Shown piece after piece: positions 43,105-56,949 of a stretch of 64,000 bases of DNA. How positions within the stretch are numbered: position 1 is the stretch's first letter; every line of letters starts with the position of its first letter. The notes beneath the pieces are model-generated. The model was not told the origin of the DNA and did not search any database. It saw only the letters and a program-made list of their open reading frames with translations. A program made the position numbers and the translations under genes. The DNA comes from Octopus vulgaris (Eukaryota). The DNA lies in NCBI GenBank assembly GCA_951406725.2, contig OX597835.1, positions 45,818,001-45,882,000 on the forward strand, read 5' to 3'.

Positions 43105-43599
43105 TAATAATAATAATAATAACGACAACAACGTAATGGTGACAACACTTTTTGTCAGCATTAGAGAATGCTGACAGAAATATAGTGTAAACCTATAATG
43201 GCTTCAGAGAATGAATGACAGTGCAGCCTCCGTCCAAGATATGACAATTCCAATCCATATCGACAGAGAAATTAAGCTTAATTAGCTGGGTATTGTTGTC
43301 ATGAACCACTACGGAAAGAAGTGCCATTTAGTATAAGTACCACAATCACAAGAGGATAATGCATTCCGAAATCCATTGAGAACATTTTCTAAATATATTG
43401 ATCTTGAAATTGAGATAACCAGAATATGGAAATTTGTAAAAAGACACAACAGCCATAGAAAATTGTTCCTCGATAATTCATAAAAAATAATATAAGCCAA
43501 TAGCAAACAAGACGCTCAGGTCTTAGCGTTAAGTAGTTCAAGGCCTTTTACGGAATTTGATAATCACATTGCATTCTATCCTGAGATTGGTTTGCATGA

Positions 43600-45050
43600 A
43601 TAAAAGGCAGGTCAGATATGGGTGCATGTGCACTTGTATCACGTCACTGCATACACCATCTGTCGGTATCTGCTCGGGTCATCCGGGGAACCTACTGGGC
43701 ATTTTGTCAGTCAGTCCTCACCTCCATGAAATACTTCCTCATGTGTTGTGACCATCAGCATTTGATCGACTTACACGAGCTGATATACTAGCAGGGTCCA
43801 CAATATCAAACTCGGAAAATCGATCAGCATGACTGAACCGTCTAAGCTGATGCCCGCGAAATACATAAGTAAGAGACTGCATCTCGCTACCGAAAGAATT
43901 TAAGTATCATCTCTTCAAATCTCTCCACTTTAGAGCAAGAGGGAGAGTATCAGAAACCTGAAAACCCGAAGGTTTCTCCTCTTGCTCAGATATCGGCAGC
44001 GCTAACCACCCTTGCTCATTTATTCCAAAACTGTACCAGCACACCCAAATCTTTTTATGACTTCGGACTCTCAGGATTTTCTGCTATGAATCATGCTGCC
44101 AAGAGAAGTAAAAACAGTCAACAGCGTTGACATTCTCACCCGTTAGAGAGACAGAGGTGATGGAGTTTCACAGGAAGAACAGATCTTTTTCTTGTTTCAA
44201 GAAATTTTAAGGCCAAGTGGTTCTGCTTATTTACTCAATAAAGGAGAGCATTCCTTATGAGATTTAGCAAGACTAATGGCATTATCACAGAAACCCATGT
44301 CAGTAATCCTAGTTTTATCAATGATCGCTCCACAATTCAATCGATCCACCACCAGTCTAATTATCCAGCCTGTGCGGACAATGAACAAAGTGAGAGTCTA
44401 AATACAACCCTGATAGATCCCATATTTAAAAGGCAAAAAGTCGGATTATGAGCCTTCAATTTGAAGTGCGTTCTCTGTTCAAGTATTCAAGGACGCCCTC
44501 ATCCCAACAAGTCAAAATCCTTCACAACATATCCCTGTCCACCGAGTAAAACACCTGGCGGAGTTTGATATAAGCTGCGGTTAGCTCTACCCTATAAACC
44601 CACATGCTTTCGAAGTGTACACATATAGCCATGATCCTGTCAGTCATTGACATCATTGAAGTGAAACCTGATGACCTAGGAAAAGATTTTACCGGGCACG
44701 AAGAGATGTGCAACACTCCATATTCCACTTGACCAAAGACGCGTCCCTGTTGCACATATGCTCCATCATAGAGCTCCACTGATTATATCCCTTACCGGCT
44801 TGCCACTCATTACTGTCCAAGTGTACACCTCAACCAGAAAAATGACTCTCAGATCATACTGAATCGTCATTCGCATAATACGCTCGTTGAAAGTTTTACA
44901 TCTGATGCCGTTAGAACCAGCCAGTCGGCCACCGTAACTCGTTGTGATTTCCCCCGTCCCTGGCCAACGCAACTACGATAGGGCTGACACAGCCGAATTC
45001 CAAAGACATCAAAGGAAGATGGGAGTCATCCCTCAAATAAACAAAAATCC
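43600..45050 (-). mobile_element. Decayed, internally deleted RTE-clade LINE (endonuclease, RT and C-terminus)
   Basis: Minus-strand peptides in the expected order: ALS*LRWPGTGEI...FNERIMRM (endonuclease); AAYIKLRQVFYSVDRDML; SDFLPFKYGIYQGCI*TLTLF...ITDMGFCDNAI (QG and FADD-equivalent RT motifs); AEPLGLKIS*NK; RCRYLSKRRNLRVF; HQLRRFSHADRFSEFD. Confidence 0.85.
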
Positions 45051-47117
45051 AGTACCGTAACTGAATAGCCCTCTAAAGTTGAACCGAAATTGCTTACTGA
45101 TGGATTACACTGTTGGAGCAACAACCTCCTCCCTCCAAAGTAGTCGGCACCTCGAGTTCTCCCTATTTGGTGGGTGTTTGGTCCGCTTCACGAAACATGC
45201 CTTATAGGCAGTCGTGGTACTACCCCAGATAAAGTGATAAAGACCTGCTTCTTATTTAGTTAATTAGCCTCTTGAAAATTTCTTTAAAAATAATTTAATA
45301 TATTTTTAAGAAAATGTGGTTATCAAGATTCTGTAACTATTGAAGATTTCAACTACCCGATGCAATGAGAAATATTGTTGCAATACTGGCGTTCTCTGCT
45401 TTATGGCTACAGCAGGCTTGTCACGGTAGTCTTTGCTGGAGAGGGTTTGTGAGGTCAAAGCGGGAAAGCTACCTTTATTTCTTTTAGCCTATTCTTTGGT
45501 ATGCTGATTGCTGGATAATAAAACCAGTTCACACAGAGCACACATGACAGTGATCATCTAAAATTATTCAGATTTTTCTTACGGACTTCCTAGAATTTTA
45601 CTACAATAAAATAAAATATTATATTACTCTTCAATTTTAACTCTGCTAATGGCATGTTCCAAGACATTAACGAATGCTTAATAAAAATCTGTTACCATAT
45701 ATTCGAATATCGAAACTAGATCTGTTCCTTAGATGTCTAGGAATCTGCATTTATTAGTACATGAAAGTCATTAAAATAAATAGCAGAAACTCATTAGTTT
45801 TGATTCCATCAACGAAATATAACGTTTCCAACTTTCACAGAAATTAAGAGAATGTTTCAGCTTTACTGCCGAGCAAAGGCAATTTGTGTATATAATTACG
45901 TTTTTACCAATTACTCATTTCTCATTTCTGATATTACAGCTTGGTAGGCAACATGCCAAAGTATGTGCTGGTTTCTCTGACACATAAAAAGATGAAAATC
46001 TTAAAACGCCGATCGTGTGCCAAATAGCTATTTATCGCTCCATACTATTGACATCTCTGACTTTTCAGAATATCTTGGAATCCATGCTTTGTTGTATACT
46101 TTACAACATGAATTATCTTAGAAATCTAACACATCTTCTCCTAGTGCCAAATGCGAAATTTTCTAAGGCCGTCTTCTGCACAAAATTTTAGAGTTAAGTG
46201 CATGCTAATATAATTAAAATAGTGGGAGAAATGTGAATGATATTGAACAGAAATTACACATTTTTGCAGAAGAAAACTATTACTGTTAATGACAATTCTT
46301 TTCAAGCAAGACTAGGAGAGGCATCAGTAAAACAATTGCTTTGACAATCAAATGAAGACACAGAAGGTCGTATAGTTAGTAAGAATGGTGTGAAAGTTTA
46401 TTATAATTCACCTTCCCTCGAGCTGCTCAGAAAGAATACATCAATATAGACTCACCGATTTTAGCAGTTTGAAAGAACGATATTGAAATATAAATCAGAA
46501 GAGATAGCTTCTGCTTGAAGAAGTTATTGCTAAGTACAGATTAATATACGTATGGTTGGGAGCCAAAACGGATTTACTTTAATGGAACTAGAGGTTTAAA
46601 GATGTTCTGAGACATCACCAGACAACACATGGTTGTGAAGTGACGTTTTATTGAAATATATATTGCGATGAAAATTAGGAAAGTCAAGGAAGTTTAATCC
46701 GTGTGGCATCACTATCCGAAAAATCTTTACAAGATCTGCACCTGCATCTATTATTCCATGCCAATGTTCATGGAAATGAATGATAAAATCAATTGCCGGG
46801 GGTTGCAGAGATACTAACGGTGAAAGACAGAGATGTTGAGAACTTGGAAACAGTAGAACTGCCTTAGCAGCATGCGAGAAATTTTAAGTCGTGTCAAAAT
46901 ATTAAAGTTAATGCAAAGTTCCTGAGAATGTTCATTCACACACACACAGGCAAAAGCGCGCGCACGCACACACACATACATACACACACGGATGGACGCA
47001 CGAACACATGCACATAGATATCTGTCTCATGTATTTCATATGAAAATACGTTTTGTTATTTATGATATCAGCGAAAATAATTGAGGCAAGTAATAAAAAC
47101 GATCCTTTAGCTTTCAA

Positions 47118-47118
<1 letters not shown>

Positions 47119-47189
<71 letters not shown>

Positions 47190-47402
47190 GTCTATCTATC
47201 TATCTTACTACCTACCTACATACCTACCTACCTACATACATGCATACATACATACCTATCTATCTATCTACCTACCTACCTACCTACATACATACATACA
47301 TACATACATACATACATACATACATACACACACGCATACATACATACATACATACATACATACATACATACATACATACATACATACATACATTCCTACC
47401 TA
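47119..47402. repeat. (TCTA)n/(TACC)n/(TACA)n microsatellite
   Basis: Read directly. Confidence 0.95.
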
Positions 47403-47583
47403 CTATACTATAGAATCCTGCTTATGAATTCGTTATGGTTATGTAAATTTTACGAAAAGAAAGCAAACCCACTTGAAATTATTTGTTAAAACTCAATAAT
47501 ATTTTAAGAAAACGTGTTTCTCACGATTCTCTTATTATTGAATATTCCAACTATCCGATTCAATGAAAAAAAATATTTGTAAT

Positions 47584-48805
47584 ACAGGTATTTCCCGCGC
47601 TACGGCTATATCAGTTTACTAGATATTATTATTAATTTCAGGATACGGTCTGTAATTTCGCTCTTAAGCAAACTCGTATTGTGTCGTCAGGAAATGCTAA
47701 AAATTTAACGCTACACTCTCTTCCTAGTTCAACGTTCAGTTTTGTTTTGCTTTTGTTAAGATCAATGTGTATACAGAGCGATTTGGAAAACTAGCATCAC
47801 GTTACACAATTACATGCATAGACATGCGACATGCACCTTCATGTATATGTTTATGTGATTCAGCATTACGGAACAATCCATCTGCTATCAACCTCGTGCT
47901 GTCCGATACTTGCTGTGAAACCGGCGTCTTCTGGTTTTCTTCGTCTGAATGATGGCTACCTATCAGCACTTCTCTGAGTTTCTTGTAGGAACCTCCTTGG
48001 AAACGTTTTCGAACATTTCGAACAAGCATGGTGAGTTTATGTTGAATGCACGATCTCATGGACCACGCACCATGTTTGCCTTAACTATTGCGTATAGTAC
48101 TTTGTGTAAAGCTGGATCAGGAAGCTTTGCAAAGATTATCTTATCGATGTCAGTGGATTTGATCTTCGTTGACAGCCAAAGCAGGATATGAGCATGTGGA
48201 AGGCTCCATTTTTGTCATTCGATTGTGTACATGTCACATCTTATGGGTCCAAACGCTTGTCCTTTTTTTCTATGAGCTCCATGAGAGTGATTAACTTCAG
48301 ATGGAAAACTCGGGCGAGGAGGTCATGCCTGTCTAGGTTTTTGACCGAAGAAGAGTTCGGCCTGAATCTTTTTCCACTTGGGATTGAATGTGAAAGTTAT
48401 GAACAGGTCAGGCCTGCCCTAATGGCGGACAAAGGTCATTGCATCCTCTGTTCTTTCATGTATGTATCGGGGACTTCCACTGAACGTGCGGGGGTGGGGG
48501 TGGAAGAGGCAAACTCTTTCTATGCTTGTTGGAGCAGAATCATTGCTGATGACATCTCGGAGATTGATGTAGCTGTCAGAACGCATTTTTTTATGTGACC
48601 TGATGAAACACAATCTCTATGTTTCCAATTTTTGCGCACGTATCAACTTCAGATCGATAAAACAGCTCGCAGGACTGGTGGAGGTGATTGCAGCAGTTGT
48701 TTTGGGTCTTTGCAGCTCATGCAGTAGCATTTGATGCAGCATAAATAGTTCGTTGAACTTTATGCTGGTCATCTGTTTGGAATGCTCTTGAAGTGGCTGT
48801 AAGTT
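47584..48805 (-). mobile_element. Helitron remnant: Rep (HUH) domain pseudogene plus probable 3' terminus
   Basis: Minus strand reads NHLHQSCELF..VDTCAKI, TFSGSPRYIHERTEDAMTFVRH*GRPDLFITFTFNPKW, DRHDLLARVFHLKL, MYTIE*QKWSLPHAHILLWL (HUH motif), NMVRGP, FRRRKPEDAG..VDSRWIVP. A terminus-like gccgtagcgcgggaaatacctgt lies at 47584-47606. Confidence 0.92.
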
Positions 48806-48959
48806 CAGCCTTTTGTGGTCGTCTAAGGAAGATGAGATGGTGATGGATAATGAAAGCAAAAAAGGTGAAAAAGTGTCAGAGCCAGAGGTATATAAGGACG
48901 AAACATCTAAGAATTTACTGATTGTGCCAGCCAAGGAAGGAGATGCAGGAGTTTAACTG

Positions 48960-49110
48960 AGCGAAGGAACAAAGTTGGGAGAATAGGGTGGATGAGGAAT
49001 TTTTTCCCAAACAAGCTCATCGATCTTCTATGATCTTTTTGTTAATACCATTATGTAGAAGACAGAATCGTAAAGATTTTGTGCGCAAATTTCTGTTTTC
49101 ATTTTCGTTT
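48960..49110 (-). mobile_element. Mariner transposase fragment
   Basis: Minus strand KIDELVWEKIPHPPYSPNFVPS corresponds to the mariner HPPYSPDLAPS motif. Confidence 0.75.
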
Positions 49111-49352
49111 ATAGCATAGATAAATTTTTTTGTCTAAAATGCCAGCTTCGGCCTCCAGGAGGCGTTGGACGGCCCGAGGCTATGGTTGAAAACATTGGCG
49201 AACGGAGTGGGGAGAAGAACAGGACATTTCACACGATCCGATTTTTTCCCTAAAGAAAATGTATATTCTTCCCAACCACACGGTTCTGGGTACAGTCCCA
49301 CTGCATGGCACCTTGGGCAAACACTGGAGTTTAAAGGACATGTACACATATT

Positions 49353-49680
49353 ACATTACATTTAATTATTTTTGCTCGGGTCAAACACTCGGTCATGCTC
49401 TGAGCATGTGAATTTCCCGAGTCCTCTCATTACCCCCGCCCAGTTCGAGAGAGCGCATTTTTTCATATTCGTTTACTGCATGCTGTTGTATATCTATTAC
49501 ACTATTATTATTTTTTTTTTGCTCAGAGTTTAAAGGTCATGGTCTGACGATGTGAATTTTTCGAGTCCTCTCCCCGACACCCCGTTTACGAGCGCGCATT
49601 TTATTTCATATTCGTTTACCACATGTTGTTGTACACCAATTACACTATTAAGTTTTCTTTGCCCTGGTCAAACCCTTTAG
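49353..49680. repeat. ~140-bp tandem repeat, about 2.3 copies
   Basis: Repeating unit attaca..tt.tt..tttgc..ggtca...atgtgaattt..cgagtcctctc...gagcgcatttt..tcatattcgtttac..catg.tgttgta. Confidence 0.85.
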
Positions 49681-51044
49681 TTTGACCGATTTCTTGCTCT
49701 CTCCAAATGGGTGTAGAAATATCAAAATCACGAATTTCTTACAGCTGTCGTAGGGTTAAACCGTTTCTAACTTTTAAAGCCATAACAATTCTTTAGAGAA
49801 TATTTCAACATAGATCTATTTGTCTTGCTAATGGTTCACATGTTAAAAATACTTTTACATGTATAAAACTGAAACGAAAATTATTCATTCAACCATAAAG
49901 ATAGTAATTGATACTTGTCACCGATATATTTTGCAAACAAGAAACGAAATTTCAGCCTTCATATAGCTAGTGTACATTTCTATTTTCGTTATATCCATAA
50001 ATGTCGTATTCTGGTGGTATGTATTCTGTGAGGCAAATTAAAATCAAATACAAATTGACTGTTACTTCAATCAATAACGGCTGGGCTTCAATTTAGTATT
50101 CCTTCACTGGATTTAGTATCATTAACGTCGTAAGTAATAATTCTCGTTCCTTGTCATGGTTGAATGTGTATCTCTTAACACCGCTTTGCACCGGTAATTC
50201 TGTTATACAGTTCAGCAGTCAACATCTCTTGTCATCCTCTGTAGTGTAGATCATGTGTTATTAATACAAAAGACGTGTATTTAAGAAGATGCAGGAGCGG
50301 TATTTCTAGTGAAGCTCGTTAAACGGTGTCTAGAGGTCTAAATTCATTGCAATCAATTTTTCCTAAGCTTGTCTAAATATCTGTCTTTTATATTTTAATT
50401 CATCACTGAAAAAACAAAAACCAAAAAAAAAACAAAGAAGGAATTATCGTATTTATTATAATATCAAAACGAGACGTTGAGTCTTGCTTTAAAATTTTTA
50501 GGTGGTATTTTATATCGTTCTAACTGGAGCGTTGTCGTTCGTTTTTTTTTTTGTTGTTGCCTATCGTAATGTGTTCATGAAACATAGCTAAGTGCTCCTG
50601 CGATGTAACGAATATTCATATAAAACATTCAATTCTTGGAACAGGAGTTTCAAGGTTCAGCTACTCTAAAATATTTTCCTTGTAATCGCTTTTGCACTTC
50701 ATGAAATTTAGAATAATACAGCTTGATGAAACAAATGATTCTTACCCAACCGCTGTCGATTAGTTTGTTATGAATCGGCATCATTAAGGAATACCATTGC
50801 TGATTAAAATATAATCAACAAGCATCTTTTTACTGATCTTCACCGCAGAACAATCTACAACTGAAAGTAATAGATGCTGTTGAAATGTTTGTGCAAAGTT
50901 TGAGTGTGTTTTGCATTCACTTCTACTTTGCTTTTAGGTTTGATGCCCTACTTTGGAAGTGTTAAGTAGGAGGACATTAAGGTTTCGTGGTCGTCATGGT
51001 GCCTACATGAAGCACTGATTGACTCTCCGTATTTTACGAACACA

Positions 51045-51566
51045 TTCTTTACTCTTTTACTTGTTTCAGTCGTTGAACTGCAGTTATGCTGATGGACCGA
51101 CGTGTAGGGTTAGTCGAACAAATTGAACACGAGTTCTTTCTTCTCAGACCCGGTGCTATTTCGACCGGTATCTTTCGTGGGAATACAACGTTATGCGGTT
51201 GTAAACAAACAAATACCAGCTGTCAAGCGACAAGGATATAGTCACAAAGGCGAACACTCGCATACACGCATATGAACGCACATGTGTATATGCTTGCATT
51301 CATGTGTGTGTGTACGTGCATATATGTGTGAGTGTGGGTGGTTGTGGGTGTTCGTATGTCTAGTTTCATTCATAAGACTGTGGAAATATTAGGGCTTTAC
51401 TTCGATGAGTTTACAGTCCAGTGATGCGAACCAGTAGTTTTTTTTTTTTTTAAACCTGTTGCTTATACTGTCAATCACTTTTGCTGAACTACTAATTTAT
51501 GGGGACGTAAACAAACCAAGATCAATTGCCAAACGGTGGTGGGAGGACACAAACAAAGAAGCAGAA

Positions 51567-51597
<31 letters not shown>

Positions 51598-51860
51598 CAC
51601 ACACACACCTTTTTAGTCAGCCCCAGGCTATAATAGAATGCACTTGCCCAAGCTGTCACTCAGTGGTACTGAACCAGAAACCATGAGGTTCAGAAACCCA
51701 GCCTCTTACCTCACAGCCACACCTGGGCCTATATTTGATGGGCTTCCACACAGTTTCTGTCTATCAAGTTTACTTACATGTAATTAGTCTTCCCCGTTCT
51801 ACAGTAAAACACACTTGCCCAACTGCTGAGTAATAGCACTGAAACACAAACCACGGGGTC
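51045..51860 (-). mobile_element. Cluster of two to three degenerate SINE family A fragments
   Basis: tttactcttttacttgtttcagtcg...; ggggacgtaaacaaacc...; ccccaggctataatagaatgcacttgcccaag...actgaacc...cacagccac; gggcttccacacagtttctgtctatc. Confidence 0.7.
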
Positions 51861-51899
51861 ACCGTTAATATTATTAAAGGTATCGTATTTTTCCAATAA

Positions 51900-52590
51900 C
51901 AAACATAAAAATCGTTTCCTCCCTTTGGATCAGACTAACGATACTTAACTAATCGAAATTCATCACCAATACATTTTTTTACCTTCCGTAGGCCATGAGA
52001 ATATAAGGACCTACAAGCGATAAATTGAAAAAGTTACACTGTGGAAATTCGGAATTACCGTCTTTTCAATATCTTCAGCCATTAACTCAATGATCCATTG
52101 TAATGTATTGTTGCTCAGGAGAATACCTTAATCATAAGTTCAATGTCCTTCCTTGTTATGGTTGCTATGATTTCATTAACGTTTTGTATGCTACTATCTC
52201 CCCCCGATCAAACATGGCGATTTTCCATTATTCATTTTTATTTTAATTTATATGTTTATTTTTATTTTTATTATAGCAATGTTCAAGGACATACTGTGAA
52301 AGGTTTCCATTCCTCCTTTAACATGAGCAGAGATGTTCACTTGAGAAATGACATTATATTTGGACGTTTTCCAAATTTTTCTTTCACTGTTCTAAACGAA
52401 TCGAAACTCTTTGTTTTTCTTGTATGAATGCATCCTTTTAATGGTTCTCTTTCATCTTTGAAGGTTTCATTGCATCACCGCGCCATTGCATCACTGCATC
52501 ATTTCCAAGTGTCTTTTCATACAACCAACAAATAAGTATTGTCTCATTAGTGATCAAAGACGTGAAACCAAATTTCAAATATTCGTTATA
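51900..52590 (-). pseudogene. hAT (Charlie/Buster-type) transposase remnant, N-terminal part
   Basis: Minus strand EYLKFGFTSLITNETILICWLYEKTLGNDA..MKPSKMK, KEKFGKRPNI, SMSLNIA, LSNNTLQWIIELMAEDIE, DEFRLVKYR*SDPKG. This follows the Buster-type BED-finger and LSxxTVxRRIxEMAEDIE pattern. Confidence 0.75.
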
Positions 52591-53711
52591 ATATTACCGG
52601 TAGTTTTCTTTTTAACAACGAGGGTTAAACATGCAGTAAAATTAATGTGCCATGTTAGAAATCCAGATTCTCTAACATATGAATATAATACATAAACTAG
52701 TCTCTTCAAAGTTCCCGTGATAAACTTCAATTATATAAAACAAAAATGTAATTATATTACAATATAATAGCGATTTACATATTTCCTTTCTCTTTTATCT
52801 CTTCATTTGAGTTGTCAATTTTCACAAAGATGAAGAATACAAAGCAAATACGCATAGCGAAAAATAAAATATATTGCCGTGATAGCCATTAATTTTTAGA
52901 TGATAATGTGTATGTGTGTGCGCGCATATATATGAGTATGTGTGTGTGTGTGTTATATGTGTGTGTTCGCGCATATATATATATATATATATATGTTTGT
53001 GTGTATCAGATACATATATATGTGGTGTATATAAGTGCTGTATGTGTGTGCTACGACCGTGTGTCTGCGAGTGTTTACACATGTATGCTCAGGTGTGTCT
53101 GTATACGTTTTTTCTTTCCAATATTTTTTTTGTGAATCCTCTTCATGTAAGTAAGGACCAGGTTTCTCACAAAGAAACAAACTCACCATTTCCGAAATAA
53201 CAAGAATCTGGATATTACCAATGGATATTGTTACGTATCAAACTTCAAGAATGTCTTGCGCATCTATATTGTTCTACTTACGGATTGTATATGTAAACGA
53301 CGCACTGGCGGTCTCCTTCATTGCTTGAATAACATAGCTTTCGTAGATTGTCGCTTAAACATTTTCTGACATAAAACATTTAATCCATGCGTGTATGCAT
53401 ACATGTATCTATATATGTAAATATATAATTACATATGTATGTATATAACCCTTAAATAAACATGTATGTCTACAGTGTTCCAAAGGTAACTGAGAATGTT
53501 GTTATTTGTAAAGGGTTTCAAGAAGAAACTCTTTATAAATAAATGTAAATCCATGTTTTCCAGATTCTATTCGCTTGTACATAAAGAAATTCATAGAGAT
53601 GAAACAACATAGAATAGTTACAATGAAGAGCAAATGTTGAGAGATTAGGTGGCTGGATATCAGTACTTGTACGGATTATTGTATCTATGCATGAGTATAT
53701 ATAATGCGAGT

Positions 53712-53880
53712 GCAGGCACATGTCCTAGTGATGAGGTTGTTGTGGTCTCAAGTGCGAAATCGTGGGTTCAGTCTCTGGATTGGATGGTGCACTGTGTTCT
53801 TCAGCACAAGACACAACCTCGTCCTGGAAGCGAACTTACAACCACAAGCCCGACGCTTTTTAACATCGAGCCATGCACCT
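53712..53880. mobile_element. Two degenerate tRNA-SINE heads joined in opposite orientation
   Basis: Plus-strand head (..atcgtgggttcagtctctgga..tgtgttctt) and minus-strand head (gcatggctcgatgttaaaaagcgtcgggcttgtggttgtaagttcgcttccagg). Confidence 0.5.
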
Positions 53881-54182
53881 TCACACACACACACACACAC
53901 ACACATACACACTCACACAAAGAAAACACTTATAAATATACAGGTGTGAGATAGATAGATGCATTCATGCATTAATAGAAGTATATAAATATATATATAT
54001 ATATGTGTATATACACATATATATGTGTGCGAGCGCGTATGTGTATGAATGAGTCTGTATAAATGCATATATCAATATATATGTATATACATAATTCATA
54101 TATATATACATACATATATATATATATATATACATACATATATATATATGCATATATATATATTAATATTATATATGTATAT

Positions 54183-54509
54183 AAAGACCCCCTTCGGTCA
54201 TGAGTGACCATGGGTTTGCACCTAGAGAGTTACCCTCTGAGGCACAAGTCTGGGCAAGGTTGTTTTTATGGAAGACCAGTAGTCGCCCATGCATACCGGC
54301 CTCCCCTCTCCACGCCACCAGTGTTATCCAAGGGAAAGACAAAGGTCGATACAGCTTGGCACCTGTGACGTCGCAACTCATTTCTACAGCTGAGTGAACT
54401 GGAGCGACGTGAAATAAAGTATCTTGCTCAAGAACACAACACGCAGCCCGGTCCGGGATTCGAGCTCACAACCTCACGATCGTAAGCTCGACGCTCTAAC
54501 CACTGAGCC

Positions 54510-54511
<2 letters not shown>
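54183..54511 (-). mobile_element. SINE family C, near full length, between TA-rich microsatellites
   Basis: Head tggctcagtggttagagcgtcgagcttacgatcgtgaggttgtgagctcgaatcccgg (A and B boxes), central tgttcttgagcaagatactttatttcac..ctcagctgtagaaatgag, 3' end atgaccgaagggggtctt. Confidence 0.85.
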
Positions 54512-54606
<95 letters not shown>

Positions 54607-54607
54607 C

Positions 54608-54658
<51 letters not shown>

Positions 54659-55169
54659 TATATGATGCGACGCGACCAGTAAGAAAATGTTGCAGTAATT
54701 TGGAATCATTTGAAACGCTATGGTGCCATAATAGATATACGTGTATACCTACATATAGAAGCGCAAAATCACTCCCACACATTCCGACATACTCCCACGC
54801 AAATACACACATAAACACACTCACACGTCTGTGATTGTTTGTGTGTGTGCAAGAGGAACTTTTGATATATATATACAGATGAATGTAAAAATACACGACG
54901 TAAGCAATGTTGATTGTTTGTGCAAGTAAACAGAAAAATGTGCGCCATTTCTAAACATTTAACAAAGATATATCAATCAATGATTTAGTCTTGGAAGTAA
55001 CATCGTGTAAACGCTTCCCATTATTTTACGTATATAATTGAGGTTCCGCTCTCTGCACATTATCCTCTCTGCTGTGCGTTGCACGTCGTACCACGCCTTG
55101 AAGTTTTCGCGTAATTTCCTGATGATTCACACAGCTTTTGGTTTATCCAATGTGTACGGTTCATTGGCT

Positions 55170-55470
55170 ATCAATTTGCGTTTGATGTAGCCACCATAAA
55201 GTAAATATTCACAATCCAAATGATGGAGCTTTTGAACAGGCTATGGCATATCACTGCACTGAGAAATGACATGGTCAGTAAGCATTTCTTTAATAATACC
55301 CATGGAAACTCATTGCCGTTCATACAGACAGGCTCTGTTGTTGAGACCACGTGGGTCATGCACTGCTGTCACCTTTGTTCAATCATGTGAAAAGAAAGCT
55401 GCAAAATATGAACAAAGAGAGATTACAATTCAATTTCACTGCATTGTTGTTACAAAAAACATAGAGGAGG
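55170..55470 (+). pseudogene. Possible hAT transposase remnant (catalytic region)
   Basis: Frameshifted IPME/KLIAVHTD and VTFVQSCEKK..IQFHCIV resemble the hAT LxxxxTDGA and FHCIIH motifs. Confidence 0.4.
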
Positions 55471-55802
55471 AATGACAATAATATTAATCTGTAAATTCTA
55501 TCAAGATTGCATCAAAAAAACGTTGAATAGAATATGAACGTTGACTATTAGTTTAGGCTAATGAAATAAAACAGATGAGAGAGAAACAAAATGTCTCCTG
55601 TAGAGTGTCACTAGTTTTGTTCCATCTTCTGTTCAAACTTGAATTTCCTCATCGACATATTAATGAATATTTGATGTTTTTGTACTGAAAAATAGACGCT
55701 TATCTCTACCATCACTAGACTGGTGTTTATTTTATTGTTATTTAAATACACTGCCGCTGAAAGATAGACCTACTATTTTAACCAGATGTTTATGTATCTA
55801 TT

Positions 55803-56400
55803 TATCTATCTATCTGTCTTCGTCGGCAATAACTTGTGTCTGAGTAGATAATCTATAACGAGATAGTGAGCGTCTTCAAGAGATAGATGCGGACGGTGCC
55901 GGTGCCTGAGATGGCTGTTCGGGCGTAGGGTTGTAGAGAAAAGCCGAGGGCATTTATAGCCAAAAGGGTTAGCGGGAGGCGAGAGAGTGCGAGTCTTTCT
56001 TTGCGGCTTTGATGTCCGATCTCTGTCTTTTAACGCCTGGACCCTCGATGATGACATGCCGCCATTTTGGGTATTGATTAGCGATTGTCTCCCAGTTACA
56101 TGGGTCATTGCAAGAGCGGAGGTGAGTGGCCTTGAGCTGATCTTTAAAACAGAACTAGGGAGCTTTCATAAGGTCTGGTACCTGAGGCTAACTCCGCAAA
56201 GAATAGTTTACGGAGGAGGCGCATTTGGGACGTACATATCATGTGTTCCACACAGCGGATTCGTGCTAGGGTAGCTTCTATTCTGAACAGTCGGGCCCCG
56301 AGAAGAACCAGATCACTGGCACTATAGCCCTTCCATCAGATCCTAAGATTTGCACGATGTTTGTGCAGTTTGAAACGTTCAATACAATACCCACGACTCA
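55803..56400 (-). mobile_element. RTE-clade LINE 3' end with short (GATA)n tail
   Basis: Minus strand RIRCVEHMICTSQMRLLRKLFFAELASGTRP..FKDQLKATHLRSCNDPCNWETIANQYPKWRHVIIEG..CPRLFSTTLRPNSHLR matches the RTE C-terminal pattern. It ends ..gccgacgaagacagatagataga. Confidence 0.75.
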
Positions 56401-56711
56401 AAGCCGTAGAGCTCTGTGCAAACGGTCTATGTCAGGTGTAGTATGATGTATTAACTATATATAAGCATATGTACATATGTCTGTGTATCTATATATATAT
56501 GTGCATATATATATATATAACGTTCATATCTTATATGAATTTACATTTTATAATTCACTTGCCGCAAGTGGTGGTATCTTAATAACACCATCCCCTCTTA
56601 TATTTAATTATAAATAAGTTCACGCATTTCATTTGTTTAAATAGTGTCTGGTCACTTCAAACGAACTTTTGCAGGCATGGAGGGGGAATATTTTAAAGTA
56701 GTATGCCGGCA

Positions 56712-56761
56712 GACTGTGGCTGAAGAGAAACGGGTACCTATTTCGAAACTGTTTCCAAGTT
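56712..56761 (+). ncRNA. Minimal hammerhead-like motif with canonical core
   Basis: GACUGUGG-CUGAAGA-GAAACGG(guac)CUAUUUC-GAAAC(u)GUU-U-CCAAGUU. Canonical core, 7-bp stem II with one mismatch, near-palindromic AAACUGUUU, and one extra U at the cleavage junction. A (TA)n tract lies ~160 nt downstream. Confidence 0.5.
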
Positions 56762-56913
56762 GTCCAGTATTGTTTGTACTGTCTTAGCAGAGATAAGACG
56801 GTTTAATATTCAATGGAATTTCTTTCCTACCGTGCCTGTAGTAGATTTGTGACTATTCTGTCGTATAGAAGTTTTTGTAACTCGTATTTCTAGCAATGTA
56901 GGTTCTCATGTAT

Positions 56914-56949
<36 letters not shown>

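Noticed and set aside
46300-46900. Possible very old CR1-type LINE 3' remnant
   Set aside because: Only faint peptide resemblance, not supportable without a search.
54440-54511. tRNA-like sequences (also 2321-2390, 1724-1795 and 17745-17808)
   Set aside because: They are SINE heads with A/B boxes, but I see no proper acceptor stem and they continue into SINE bodies or tails. They are not tRNA genes.
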